This document shows positions 32,824 through 43,161 of a DNA stretch of 64,000 bases, in pieces (within the stretch, counting starts at the first letter, position 1; each line of letters begins with the position of its first letter). Below the pieces are notes generated by a model. That model was not told the origin of the DNA, made no database searches, and saw nothing but the letters and a program-made list of their open reading frames with translations. The stretch lies in IMG/VR virus record IMGVR_UViG_3300044796_000056, positions 12,221 through 76,220 of that record. One strand, written 5' to 3'. The translations under genes and the position numbers were made by a program. This DNA comes from a virus.

Positions 32824-34646
32824 TACATTGAATAAACGCCAGCGAAGCTGACGGGATGATCGAACAATTGAGCAGTTGGACCGGCAAATGATGATTCATC
32901 ATTGCGTGTCTTGATCACGACGTCGCCGCTAGAGTCTTGATTGCCTGCTACAATCGTCTTATTGATGACTGGAGCAACAACCGTCATCTCTGGTAGGGAC
33001 TCAGTTGCTTCTGCTCTTTCTGGAACAAGACTGCTGGCCGTTGCCGCAGACTTACCATCATGGGCTGCATAATAGGCCACACGAGCAGCATCACGAGCAG
33101 CACCAGTCAGTGCTGTACCGGCTGCGGCAGGTTCTGCTGTAGCAACCTTAGAGATAGCAGCCTTGGTGTATTGCTCAGGGTGAGCCTTCATGCGCGCCTT
33201 GGCTTCCATTGTCTCATGATCACGACCCATCAGAGGGTTAGCAGCAATCTGAGAGAAACCGATGACGTCTTTCTGAGCTTGTGTAAGATCCTTGGCATCT
33301 ACTTCCTTGCCACCGATCAGATACTTGCCGTTGGTGAAACCTTTGCCGTCGCGCTCTACCTTGATGCCATACTGCTCCAGGTACTTGTCAACAGCACTCT
33401 TAGCCTCCAGAGCATCCTTACCAGAGGCCATTCGATATGTGCCATAGGCTACTACACCCAGAGCTCCTGTCTCTACAGCGGCAGTTCCGGCAGCGATAAT
33501 ACCCTCGGCTCCTTCGAGACCTCCGGTCAAGAGCTTCCACAGCTGCTTGCCACCCATCTTAATAGCAGAGCCGATCTTACCAATCACCTTGAGTAACTGC
33601 TCACCAACCCACTTGGCCGTTGAAGCGAAGGCACCAAGGAGCTTCTTACCTAGCCATGCTAGAGCATCAGAAAGCAGACCTGATAGAATCTGATTCAGAT
33701 TCTTGTTCATCAGTCCTTTCATAATCTTGTCGAGCTTGTCTTCGATCTCTTTATCTCTTTCCTTCTGTTCCTTCTCTACCTTGATCTGATGCTGCACCAT
33801 CTTCATGGTTGCGGCTTCTTTTACGTCATCGTTCTTAACTTCAGTATGAACCGGTTGGATCTGGGCAGAGGAAACAGGGATAGCAGGAGCCGGCACGACA
33901 GCTTCAGGACGAGCGGCTTCTACAGCAGCAGGACGAGCAGCTTCTACAGCAGCAGGAACCTCGGCAGGAGTCAGCTTGGTAGCCTTACCATTCGCGATGT
34001 TGTCCTTTGCTTTGAGAGCCATCCTTACAATCTCTGAAACGTCATCGACGTTTGCAGGGACATGTTGAATCATCGCATGGGCTTCGGCTTTCTTGAAACC
34101 AAGACCCTGAAGAGCGGTTACAGCATCATTGACAGCTTCAGTATTACGAGACATGTGCCCATTGACGACGCGCTGCGCAGACATTACCTGGGCTTGTGCG
34201 GTTGCCTGATGAAAGGAAGCAGGAGCCGGTTGACGCAACCTCTCCGCTTTATACTGTCTTACTTCAGTGTAGAGATAGTCAACCTTCTTTACCAGGTCGG
34301 CTATCTGCTTGGAGATTTGTGAGGAAGGATCTGCGGCGGCAAGAGTATTGTTATGCTGAGCAAGGATCTGGGCAGAGCGCTCCATTTCATTCTTGTTAGC
34401 CATAGAGGCGGAGATGGATCCACCAATACCCTTACCCAATACACGAGTCAATAGACCGTGACGGAAGGCGCCACCATTGTTAGACATAGTGGCTTGTGCA
34501 TTCTTGACTTCTTTGGCACGAGCCTGAGCATCCTCAAATTTCATCTGAGGATTGGCAGCCTTTAGTTGTAGAGCAATCTCATTGATGGATGCACCGGTGC
34601 CACCCTTCACTGATACTCTTCGTCTTGGTCTCTTTCTATCTGCCAT
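32823..34646 (-). CDS. Probable tape measure / baseplate hub (gp29-like)
   Basis: Helical Ala/Gly/Lys-rich; downstream of gp26-gp51. Confidence 0.55.
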   Translation of the reverse strand: MADRKRPRRRVSVKGGTGASINEIALQLKAANPQMKFEDAQARAKEVKNAQATMSNNGGAFRHGLLTRVLGKGIGGSISASMANKNEMERSAQILAQHNNTLAAADPSSQISKQIADLVKKVDYLYTEVRQYKAERLRQPAPASFHQATAQAQVMSAQRVVNGHMSRNTEAVNDAVTALQGLGFKKAEAHAMIQHVPANVDDVSEIVRMALKAKDNIANGKATKLTPAEVPAAVEAARPAAVEAARPEAVVPAPAIPVSSAQIQPVHTEVKNDDVKEAATMKMVQHQIKVEKEQKERDKEIEDKLDKIMKGLMNKNLNQILSGLLSDALAWLGKKLLGAFASTAKWVGEQLLKVIGKIGSAIKMGGKQLWKLLTGGLEGAEGIIAAGTAAVETGALGVVAYGTYRMASGKDALEAKSAVDKYLEQYGIKVERDGKGFTNGKYLIGGKEVDAKDLTQAQKDVIGFSQIAANPLMGRDHETMEAKARMKAHPEQYTKAAISKVATAEPAAAGTALTGAARDAARVAYYAAHDGKSAATASSLVPERAEATESLPEMTVVAPVINKTIVAGNQDSSGDVVIKTRNDESSFAGPTAQLFDHPVSFAGVYSM

Positions 34647-34840
34647 TAGCCTCTGCCTGTCTTCTTAGCCGCTCTTCTAGCCGCGTTCTCGAGCTTGATC
34701 TTCTCATTCTCAGCCGCTACCGTGCTCGTTATCATAGCAACGTAAGCGTCCCGTTCCCAGGGCATCATATCATCAAATCTAGTAAAGTCAATTTTTTGAT
34801 GATAAAGCAAACTGAAGTTCAATTTGAATTGAGCTTCCAA
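34646..34840 (-). CDS. gp51: Baseplate hub assembly protein gp51
   Basis: NFSL..H......D.MMPWERD.Y. Confidence 0.85.
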   Translation of the reverse strand: MEAQFKLNFSLLYHQKIDFTRFDDMMPWERDAYVAMITSTVAAENEKIKLENAARRAAKKTGRG

Positions 34841-34857
34841 AGTATCATGACAAAAGC

Positions 34858-35661
34858 CTACACGAAAAAATCTTGGATTCCCTCCAAGACGATTTTGTGA
34901 TCATAGCCGCACTTGGCGCACTTGATTCCTGTTTCCAATCTCGTCTGGGGCGCGTTCTTAATAAACTCGCGAATCTTTTCGTATTTATCACCAGGTAGTG
35001 CAAGGAGGAATTCTTTCAACTCCTGCTCTGTACAATCGCTGGCTGGATAGGCACTATCCTTATCATAGATCACATCCAAACAGTTAGATGCGACCACCAA
35101 CTCTACATCGTTCTCAGGGACACCCTGGAGCTTACGGAATAGGTCGAAGGTTGGAAACTTCATCCTGACACCGATATCATCAGTAAACTTGATCTGAAGC
35201 TGGGTGTCTTTATTGACAACAGGGATGTTCAGGAAGTCAACCGGTACGTCTAGCACCATACCACAGTCTACCATTTCAGGTGGAGCACTAGGATCTGGTG
35301 GAGGAGCATCAACCAGTGTCATTACACCATTGGACATAACCTTTACAGGCTTTGGCTTCTTGACGACTTTGTTCTTACATTGAAAATGAGTCGTTCCTCT
35401 TTCACCGATACTTCGAGCACGGAGAGCCAAGAAGATCATCTCCAGGTCGATCATCGCCATCTGGTCTACGTTGAACTCACCAATGACGCAGTTGGAAATA
35501 ATCTGCTTCAGCGATTCGGTTGTAGTACCAATATCACCAGCACTAACGGCCATGAGCATTAGCTTCTCTTCACGGACTGTGAATGGGCGAATCTTGATGG
35601 GATCTTTCTGGGAAAGTAGTTGGACATCATATATTGGATATGCTATTTGTGGTAGCTTCAT
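34858..35661 (-). CDS. gp26: Baseplate hub subunit gp26
   Basis: LP.I..P.Y, RPFTV.EEK, LRARSIGE, LEG..DFF. Confidence 0.93.
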   Translation of the reverse strand: MKLPQIAYPIYDVQLLSQKDPIKIRPFTVREEKLMLMAVSAGDIGTTTESLKQIISNCVIGEFNVDQMAMIDLEMIFLALRARSIGERGTTHFQCKNKVVKKPKPVKVMSNGVMTLVDAPPPDPSAPPEMVDCGMVLDVPVDFLNIPVVNKDTQLQIKFTDDIGVRMKFPTFDLFRKLQGVPENDVELVVASNCLDVIYDKDSAYPASDCTEQELKEFLLALPGDKYEKIREFIKNAPQTRLETGIKCAKCGYDHKIVLEGIQDFFV

Positions 35662-35677
35662 TATAAATCACCTTGAA

Positions 35678-36544
35678 TTAAATAGATTGAATCAACTTGT
35701 TGACCTGTTGGCTGACGGCAGCACCTGCAGTACGCAGGTCAGTTTGTACAGCGGTTGTGATACCAGCCGTAGATAGGACACCTGAAGGGAACGGCAATTG
35801 GAATGGTTGACCGAACTGTGTTGCAGAATTTGTGACGGTCGTATCAGATATCCACTTGCGGAATTGGAAGCCCAATTGTAGACGATGAATAGAATCATTG
35901 TCCCATGACTGGCTTAACGGCGCGCAAGATATAGGACATGCGTCAATAAGTTTGACAGCATAGGCAGGATTACCTTCGTTGTCGTATTGGAAGCACGTGA
36001 TATCTGCTTCCCAGTTACGCTGACCATCAGATGTCTCTGCGTAATTTACCAGACCTGTCTGGGCAGGAACCATGTAGTCCATCCACGCATCAAAGAATCT
36101 CTTTTCCCACATGTCGCCGGTTACGACAACTGTGAAAGATGCTTGCCCATATTGGTTGTGGTGAGGAATACGTTCAATGAAAGAATACTTGCGATACTCA
36201 ATCATGTTGATATCGCGCCCAGGAAGCTCGGAGACTTCACACTGGAGACTAAGATCCTGCATACTCACGCCTGGATCTATCGTACCGGATGAGCGCAGAC
36301 CACTAGGCACAGAGAAACGCACATCGAACTTATCAGCACGAGCCGTTTCACGGTGCTTGTGTAGATTACCAACGAACTTGTTAATATTAAAGTTCTGATT
36401 CTGTAGAGGAGCCGTCAGGTTGGTGATCCCGATTCCATTACGATTCAATTGAATGTCGAATACACCTGGCAACCCTGGGATAGCCAACTGCGCCTCAGCA
36501 CTTGAGTCAAGTGGGTTAAAGGGGTTTAGGTTGAAGTCAGCCAT
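35678..36544 (-). CDS. gp54: Baseplate-tail tube initiator (gp54/gp19-like)
   Basis: C...LPG, FFD.W, L.DA.P.S..L.W, F..RKW. Confidence 0.75.
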   Translation of the reverse strand: MADFNLNPFNPLDSSAEAQLAIPGLPGVFDIQLNRNGIGITNLTAPLQNQNFNINKFVGNLHKHRETARADKFDVRFSVPSGLRSSGTIDPGVSMQDLSLQCEVSELPGRDINMIEYRKYSFIERIPHHNQYGQASFTVVVTGDMWEKRFFDAWMDYMVPAQTGLVNYAETSDGQRNWEADITCFQYDNEGNPAYAVKLIDACPISCAPLSQSWDNDSIHRLQLGFQFRKWISDTTVTNSATQFGQPFQLPFPSGVLSTAGITTAVQTDLRTAGAAVSQQVNKLIQSI

Positions 36545-37071
36545 TAGTAGGGTTTGCCTTTCTTAAATTGCGTCACAGGAAGCATGATCATGTTCTCCCA
36601 ATATTTAGGGTCAATGTCTAAGAACGGAGAACGAACATGATTGAACAGGTATCGCTTGATGCAGACCTTGTATGCGTCTAGTTGTGGTACGTCGCGCAGA
36701 GTTGGATATTCAACCTTCAGTTTGCTACTCAGGTTATAGGTTTTCTTGAAGCCATCAAACATCTTACGATTAGAGGCGAAGGCTTCCAACTGCTCAAAGA
36801 AAGACAGCCGCGCGCCTGGTGGTAGATAGTGAAAGTTTAACCCAAGGAAGCCATCAGCATAATAGTTGAGCGGCAATACCAGAGGGAACCGGTCATAGTA
36901 AGGCAATTCTTTCTTGAGCTTTGGATCATACCAGAAGAAGTTCAGTCGACCCAGCTTAGGGACTCCAAGGATCTTACCGATACCCTGAGCCTGAAGCATT
37001 GATGCATTGGTAGCGAATCCAAGAATGACCTTCTTGAACCACGCGATAGAATTGTCTTGGGGATTTGCCAT
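36544..37071 (-). CDS. gp2: DNA end protector gp2
   Basis: YDPK.K..LPYYD.FPL, GLNFHYLP, KRYL..HV.S. Confidence 0.93.
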   Translation of the reverse strand: MANPQDNSIAWFKKVILGFATNASMLQAQGIGKILGVPKLGRLNFFWYDPKLKKELPYYDRFPLVLPLNYYADGFLGLNFHYLPPGARLSFFEQLEAFASNRKMFDGFKKTYNLSSKLKVEYPTLRDVPQLDAYKVCIKRYLFNHVRSPFLDIDPKYWENMIMLPVTQFKKGKPY

Positions 37072-37074
37072 GGA

Positions 37075-37521
37075 TTATTTAGTGCCTTTCTTGAAGATGT
37101 CATCTTCCGTCAGAATCTGAAAACCCCAGCCCTGAGTCTCGGCAAAAGCCTTAGCGAACTTCCATTTGGCCTGGTTCTTGGCAAACTCTGCAAGCTCTCC
37201 ATAGTAACGCTTCGTCTTACGCTTTGGTGTCTTAGGAGGAGAGCAATATTTCTTTGGCTTGACTTCTAGGATCAGGCGCTTCTCTGTGCCATTAGGTAGC
37301 TTGGCTAACACAACAAAGTCAGGGAAGTACCGGTGGACCTTATTATCTATCGGTGACATGTACGGTATGGCTAGCTCTTCAGATGACCATTCGATGATCT
37401 GGTCCCATTCGTCTAGTTTCACCATCACATTGCGTTCCCAAAGAGAGCGCCACACAATCTGCTCCACTTTGCCCCTGTACTTAGCCGGGTTCCGAGGAGT
37501 AAAGATCCCTTTGTAGGACAT
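37075..37521 (-). CDS. gp4: Head completion protein gp4
   Basis: YKG.F.P.NP.KY.G, RS.WE, WSSEE, HRYFPDF, EVKP. Confidence 0.95.
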   Translation of the reverse strand: MSYKGIFTPRNPAKYRGKVEQIVWRSLWERNVMVKLDEWDQIIEWSSEELAIPYMSPIDNKVHRYFPDFVVLAKLPNGTEKRLILEVKPKKYCSPPKTPKRKTKRYYGELAEFAKNQAKWKFAKAFAETQGWGFQILTEDDIFKKGTK

Positions 37522-37534
37522 GGTCTAGAATACC

Positions 37535-37542
37535 TATAAATA
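37535..37542 (+). promoter_or_regulatory. T4-type late promoter TATAAATA
   Basis: Exact T4 consensus ahead of the baseplate operon. Confidence 0.8.
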
Positions 37543-37568
37543 GACAGTAATCATCTATGTAGGTCTCC

Positions 37569-38732
37569 ATGGCACTACCTGTTCAAGTAAACCCCTCTTT
37601 GTCTTCCACGACACCGACCGCGCAGTCTCAATCAGCAGGCTCCGGTCCTTTGTCTGCTGCGGACGGAGATCCATTTGGCCTTCAACAGCTTCAGTACCCT
37701 CTGTCCGGTATCGGTCAAGAGGTTCCTAACTATGTGGTGTTCTACATAAACTTGCCGACTGCGTCCAAATATGTGACGAGCGCCAACAAGGTAGCCGGTG
37801 CTAAGAGCGCATCCACACAGAACTATGACACTCTATTAAGCCAGGGTGGTACATATCAACCCGTAGCCAATAATCAGGCCATAGGTTCTTCTGCGCTATT
37901 AAATGGTGCGGTGACTGCCTTAACTAAGAGTCCGGCAGCCGGTATTAGTAGTCTAGCTCCAACTGCCATCGGTTCTGCTGTAACCGAGACCCTGAACCTA
38001 CGTCCACGTCTATCACGCATCAAGCAGACAGTTGCTCTGTATATGCCTGATACTCTAGCCACAACTTACGAGCACGACTATTCTGGTATTGATGCAACGA
38101 CTGCTTACGGTGATGCCGCACGATTTGCTGCTCTAGCTGGTAGCGTTCAACAGATAGGAGACACTATCAAGGACATCATTGGTACGGGCCAGCGCGTCAT
38201 AACCAATGCTCCTAACAAACAGTTTAACAAAGCTGCCAGCGCTGAGTTGGTCAGCAGAGCAGCAGAAGATGCAAATGCAGGTGTGGTGGGCCCAGGTTTC
38301 ACAGATCTTCAAATGAAGTCTATGGGTCGTGCCATTAACCCTCATGCTGAGATGGTCTTCAAGGCGACCAAGAATCGTGGATACAATTTCGTATTCGACT
38401 TGGTACCTCGTTCCCAGGCAGAAGCAATAGCGATCCAGAACATCATCAAGACGTTCAAATTATATGCTGCTCCAGAAGTAACAAGTGAGAACGCAGGTCG
38501 TTATTACATTCCACCCGCACTATTCGATATCAAGTTCTATTTCCAAAGCCAAGAGAACCCAACCATAGCTCGCGTATCTACTTGTGCACTTACAAGTCTG
38601 AACGTCAACTATAATGGTGGCAACCAGTTTGCTACGTTCAATGACGGTTCTCCAATCTTTATCAACATCACTCTCTCATTCACAGAAGTCGATATCATCA
38701 CTAGACAACTTATCGATCAGTTTGGCTATTAA
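37569..38732 (+). CDS. gp48: Baseplate tail tube cap gp48
   Basis: LYMP, NP..E..F....R...F.F...PRS..EA, L.F.E. Confidence 0.88.
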   Translation: MALPVQVNPSLSSTTPTAQSQSAGSGPLSAADGDPFGLQQLQYPLSGIGQEVPNYVVFYINLPTASKYVTSANKVAGAKSASTQNYDTLLSQGGTYQPVANNQAIGSSALLNGAVTALTKSPAAGISSLAPTAIGSAVTETLNLRPRLSRIKQTVALYMPDTLATTYEHDYSGIDATTAYGDAARFAALAGSVQQIGDTIKDIIGTGQRVITNAPNKQFNKAASAELVSRAAEDANAGVVGPGFTDLQMKSMGRAINPHAEMVFKATKNRGYNFVFDLVPRSQAEAIAIQNIIKTFKLYAAPEVTSENAGRYYIPPALFDIKFYFQSQENPTIARVSTCALTSLNVNYNGGNQFATFNDGSPIFINITLSFTEVDIITRQLIDQFGY

Positions 38733-38733
38733 T

Positions 38734-39408
38734 ATGGAATACTTCGACCAATTCCCCAATTTGTACTATACGTTCGACCCAGAGCGTATTGAGTTCTACA
38801 CGCTGAAAAACATATTCACACGCGTGAACTTGTTGAGTTCAGTGATGCAGAATTCTCTTGTATATTATCAGTACAGTTTTAAGGACTCTGATACCCTTGA
38901 GAATCTGGCCTATAAGTATTACGGTGATGCCAAGCGTCATTGGATAATCATATTTGCTAACTTGATCATTGATCCTTACTTCGATTTACCTTTGCGTCAA
39001 GATGACTTCGCTAACAACGTAATCCTAGCGTATGGGTCAGAGGCTAATGCTCAGAGTACTCTGTTTGGTTACCAACAGAACACTACTGTCACAACGAGTT
39101 TCCAAGGCCAGTCAAACACTCAGAGCACACTCGCTTGGTTGACTCCTACACCATTTACATTCAATTTCACTACAGGGGAAGTCGTTCCTGCAAGCCTACC
39201 AGGTCTCGGTGAGAGCATTACAACGTACACAGGTACGGCTCAAGCACCAGACGGAAGCATCGTTACGACGACCACGACCTTGACAGGTGTTAGTGTTTAC
39301 GACAATCTAGTAGCCGTCAATGAAGCCAAGCGCAATATAGTTTTGATTGACGCAAGCTACGCTCCACAGATAGAGGCTCAATTCCAGTCCCTATTGTCTT
39401 CATCTTAA
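38734..39408 (+). CDS. gp53: Baseplate wedge subunit gp53
   Basis: YF..FP...Y, LA.KYYGD...HWII, NE.KR.I. Confidence 0.9.
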   Translation: MEYFDQFPNLYYTFDPERIEFYTLKNIFTRVNLLSSVMQNSLVYYQYSFKDSDTLENLAYKYYGDAKRHWIIIFANLIIDPYFDLPLRQDDFANNVILAYGSEANAQSTLFGYQQNTTVTTSFQGQSNTQSTLAWLTPTPFTFNFTTGEVVPASLPGLGESITTYTGTAQAPDGSIVTTTTTLTGVSVYDNLVAVNEAKRNIVLIDASYAPQIEAQFQSLLSSS

Positions 39409-39422
39409 TGGCTCCCTAGATC

Positions 39423-40727
39423 ATGACTGATACATCCTCTTCAGATACACAAGGTCTACTGAATACTACAGACTACCAACTAAACACGTTGGTGGTAGTA
39501 ACCAGTGACGGTGCGTACAATGATATTACCCAGCTGATGGTTGAATTGAATATCTATGAGGATATCTGGTCACCCACTATGTCTGGTATGATGATCATGG
39601 GTGATGCTTTGGATATGATCAGCAGCAACAAGATGCACGGTAATGAGTATCTACTAATCAGCGTAGACAAGCCTGGTTTGAATAATCCAATCGTTAAGAC
39701 GTTCCGTATATACAAGATTGGCGAACGTTCACTGGGCTCCAACGGTCTACAGAACTACAAGGTCTTCTTCTGTTCAGAAGAGTTCTTCCTATCTGCTCAG
39801 ACGTTGGTCAGCAAGTCATACAAAGGTTTGACTGTCGGTAAGATGGTAGAGGATCTTTTGTTGCGCAAGTTGAAGGTACTCCAGTCTAAGATCGCTATGA
39901 TAGAACAGACCGGTGGCAATTTCGACTTTATCATTCCTCGTATGCAGCCACTACAAGCGATAAGTTGGCTATGTCCACGCGCCTACAATACGAATCGTAA
40001 CCTCTACTTTTTCTTTGAGAATAGAGATGGCTTCAACTTCGTTTCCTATGAGACGTTGCTGGGTATAGTTCCATATGGCACGTTTACCTACGGCATCAAG
40101 ACCGACCAAGACCCTGTAAAGAACAGCGGCATGTTCAATATATTGACTGTGGTCGAGGACTTCGACGGTCTGAAGGCTCTACGCTCAGGAGCCTTCTCTT
40201 CAACACTTGCAACATTTGATGTCATCAATCGAAAATATACGGCTAAGAACTTCAATGTGACCCAGTTAGCTAACAATGCTACTCTGAACTCTGACCTGCC
40301 CGCGAACGACTTCAACAATCGTCTAGGCGCGAGCTTCTACAATACCACTGATAACATGTTGAAGTATGTGATAATGAATGATGCTGATCCTACCAGGAAT
40401 CCTCAGCGTTACGACAAGTGGCTGCCTCAAACCGCTAGCCGACTTGGCTTGCTAAATAGTTTTAAGATGATCGGTGTGCTACCAGGAGACGTCAACATCA
40501 AGGTAGGTATGACCATCAATGTGAATATCCTGAAACAAGAAGTCCAAGATGGTACGACTGCTTTGAACAAAATGCGATCAGGCCGCTACCTGATTGCAAG
40601 CGTTCACCACAAGTTCATCCAAAGCATTATGTCTACGGTCGTTGAGTTGCTATCTGATACTACGAGTGTGTCCATGAACGCTCCTCTAGCAACATCACCA
40701 ACCATAGCCCAAGTGATTACACAGTAA
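39423..40727 (+). CDS. Baseplate hub protein (gp27-like)
   Basis: IYEDI, FFFEN..GF.F, SG.YLI..V.H; precedes gp5. Confidence 0.75.
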   Translation: MTDTSSSDTQGLLNTTDYQLNTLVVVTSDGAYNDITQLMVELNIYEDIWSPTMSGMMIMGDALDMISSNKMHGNEYLLISVDKPGLNNPIVKTFRIYKIGERSLGSNGLQNYKVFFCSEEFFLSAQTLVSKSYKGLTVGKMVEDLLLRKLKVLQSKIAMIEQTGGNFDFIIPRMQPLQAISWLCPRAYNTNRNLYFFFENRDGFNFVSYETLLGIVPYGTFTYGIKTDQDPVKNSGMFNILTVVEDFDGLKALRSGAFSSTLATFDVINRKYTAKNFNVTQLANNATLNSDLPANDFNNRLGASFYNTTDNMLKYVIMNDADPTRNPQRYDKWLPQTASRLGLLNSFKMIGVLPGDVNIKVGMTINVNILKQEVQDGTTALNKMRSGRYLIASVHHKFIQSIMSTVVELLSDTTSVSMNAPLATSPTIAQVITQ

Positions 40728-42715
40728 TGACACAGCTTAACAAATACTTCTCCGGAGAGGATACCTTCCAGTGGTTTATTGGCGTCGTTGAATCGCGCCA
40801 AGATCCTATGGAGCTCGGTCGTCTCCAGGTTCGTATCTTCGGTGTTCATAACCCGGCTTTGACTGAGGTTCCTTCTGTTGATCTTCCTTGGGCTGTCGTT
40901 CTTCAGGGAACGAGCGGCAAAGCCTTCTCCACACCAAAAGAGTCAGACGTAGTAGTCGGTTTCTTCCTAGACTCTAGCAAGCAAGTCCCTTGTATCTGGG
41001 GTGTGGTACCTGGTATTGAAACGAATCCTCCTAACTTGGGATCAGGTTTTCACGACTTGCGTCCAGAGTCAGTTATCGCCTTGGCTCCAAAGGTTCCTGC
41101 GGGTCGCACATACAGCACAGATGGCTCCGGCATCAAGATAGACGAAGCTAACGTAGCAGATCCTGCTGTCCTTGAGTCTCTTCGCCATCCTAATGCTGAT
41201 GAACTAAATCAGCCGTCTATCAGTGGTGTTTCCCGTTACCAGAACTTAGCTAATACCGTCATCGCGGCTCGTAAGGCTAACCTGGATAAGAACGTTCCTA
41301 TTGCTGGCGGTGGTCAATGGTCTGAGCCTTATCCAGCATACAACCCTGAGTATCCTTATGATGTGGCTACCGTTACTGAATCGGGCCATGTCTTCGAGTT
41401 AGATGATACACCTGGCAGCGAACGTATCCATGCAGCGCATCGCAGCGGATCATTCTATGAATACTATCCAACAGGCACACTGGTAGAGAAAATCACCAAG
41501 AGCCGTTACACCATAGTCATGGCAGATGATTATGTCCACGTAATGGGGGATGTCAACCTAACAGTTGGTGCGGGTGTCTACATAAAAGTAGCAGGCGATG
41601 CTGTGATTGAAGTGGGTAATGATGCTAGCATGAATGTGGCTGGCGACTTCAACACGTCCGTTGGAGGAGGTTTCAACGTCAAGGCTCAGAGTATCAATCT
41701 AGAAGCAGAAGAGGATATCACTCTTATATCTGATACCCAGTTCCTGACGGCAGCGGCTACTCTGGACATCACGAGCGCGGCGACCACGTTCGGCTCTGAT
41801 GGTGATATGAACATCACAGGCAGCGGCCACGTCAACATGCAGGCAGCAACTCTTAACCTTCTAGCCACAGAGCAAGCTGCTCTTACAGGAGCAACTGTAG
41901 GAATTAGCGGTCTGATCCAGCTAGACCAATTGGTCTCTGTGAACCAGGGAGCTCCTTCTGCCGGAGGAGCCTCTACGCCTGCCTCTGGGCAGAGTGCAGG
42001 TCTACCTGGTGCGATCGCCAAGGGTACACCCAACACAGGAGAGGCGGATCCCGAGGTCGTGCCTGTCCCTTATGATATCCAAAGAGTTACATTGGATGCA
42101 TACACAGGCACCTCTTACGTTCAACAGCAATTCTTACAGCCTGGTGCAAACAACACCATGGTTGCTCCGACGGCACCAGCCAACACGGCTGCTTGTCAGT
42201 ACGATGCTTCTACGAAGACGTTCCTTTCTCCTCCAAGCTCTTGGGCTATCAGCGAGAACGGTCTGGGACTGATCCAGAGCTTCGAAGGTTTTGCCAAGGT
42301 AACGTCTCCAAACATGGCTACAGCATATCCAGATCCTGCTACGGGTGGCGAGCCTATAACTATCGGCTACGGCACCACGGCAGTCGCTATTGGTCAACCA
42401 ATCACCTTGGGTGAGATGATCAGTCGCGCAACGGCTCAAAGCTACCTGGAGACGGCAATCAACACGAACTTCTTACCAACACTTCAGCAGGCAATCACGG
42501 TGCCTCTGACCCAGAACATGATCGATGCTTGCTTGAGTCTGATCTACAATATTGGACCGGGCAACTTCCTGAAGTCTTCAGTAAGAACGTTCGCCAATCA
42601 GCAGAACTGGTGCGCAGCCGGTAATGCCTTCTTGTTGTGGAACAAAGCAGCCGGGCAGGTTGTGGCTGGTTTGACCTCTCGTCGCACGCAGGAAAGAGCT
42701 CTCTTCTTAACCTAA
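40727..42715 (+). CDS. gp5: Baseplate hub/spike gp5 with C-terminal GH24 lysozyme
   Basis: WF.GVVE...DP..LGR.QVRI.G.H, ESGH..E.DDTPG.ERI; FEG...AY.D...TIGYG. Confidence 0.93.
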   Translation: MTQLNKYFSGEDTFQWFIGVVESRQDPMELGRLQVRIFGVHNPALTEVPSVDLPWAVVLQGTSGKAFSTPKESDVVVGFFLDSSKQVPCIWGVVPGIETNPPNLGSGFHDLRPESVIALAPKVPAGRTYSTDGSGIKIDEANVADPAVLESLRHPNADELNQPSISGVSRYQNLANTVIAARKANLDKNVPIAGGGQWSEPYPAYNPEYPYDVATVTESGHVFELDDTPGSERIHAAHRSGSFYEYYPTGTLVEKITKSRYTIVMADDYVHVMGDVNLTVGAGVYIKVAGDAVIEVGNDASMNVAGDFNTSVGGGFNVKAQSINLEAEEDITLISDTQFLTAAATLDITSAATTFGSDGDMNITGSGHVNMQAATLNLLATEQAALTGATVGISGLIQLDQLVSVNQGAPSAGGASTPASGQSAGLPGAIAKGTPNTGEADPEVVPVPYDIQRVTLDAYTGTSYVQQQFLQPGANNTMVAPTAPANTAACQYDASTKTFLSPPSSWAISENGLGLIQSFEGFAKVTSPNMATAYPDPATGGEPITIGYGTTAVAIGQPITLGEMISRATAQSYLETAINTNFLPTLQQAITVPLTQNMIDACLSLIYNIGPGNFLKSSVRTFANQQNWCAAGNAFLLWNKAAGQVVAGLTSRRTQERALFLT

Positions 42716-42740
42716 ATAGTTGATTCAAGAAGGTAGCAGC

Positions 42741-43160
42741 ATGCCAGGACCGGTCAATCTTTCAACTCCTCTTCAGACAAGAATCTACTCAGACTTCAAT
42801 GTAGACTTCTTACCTCATCCAATAACAGGTGATCTGTTGAAGGTAACGGGTGTCAACTCTGTCATTCAGTCTATCGCAGACTTGGTACAGACGAACCACT
42901 ATGAGAGACCATTCCATCCCGAGATTGGTGGAAACGTTCGCAAGTTGCTGTTTGATCTTCTGAACCCGATTACCGCTAACTTGATCAGCGAAGAGATCAA
43001 GGACGTCTTGGCGAACTATGAGCCACGTGCTACAGTACAAGATGTCATCGTTGCGACAAACTCGCAATTGAATGGTTACAACATAACGATTATATTCACA
43101 GTCGCTGGTGGAATATCTACTCCGATCGAAATCAGCGTCTTCTTACAACGGTTGAGATAA
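42741..43160 (+). CDS. gp25: Baseplate wedge gp25
   Basis: YSD, HP.T.D, ERPFHP.IG, YEPR. Confidence 0.93.
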   Translation: MPGPVNLSTPLQTRIYSDFNVDFLPHPITGDLLKVTGVNSVIQSIADLVQTNHYERPFHPEIGGNVRKLLFDLLNPITANLISEEIKDVLANYEPRATVQDVIVATNSQLNGYNITIIFTVAGGISTPIEISVFLQRLR

Positions 43161-43161
43161 T

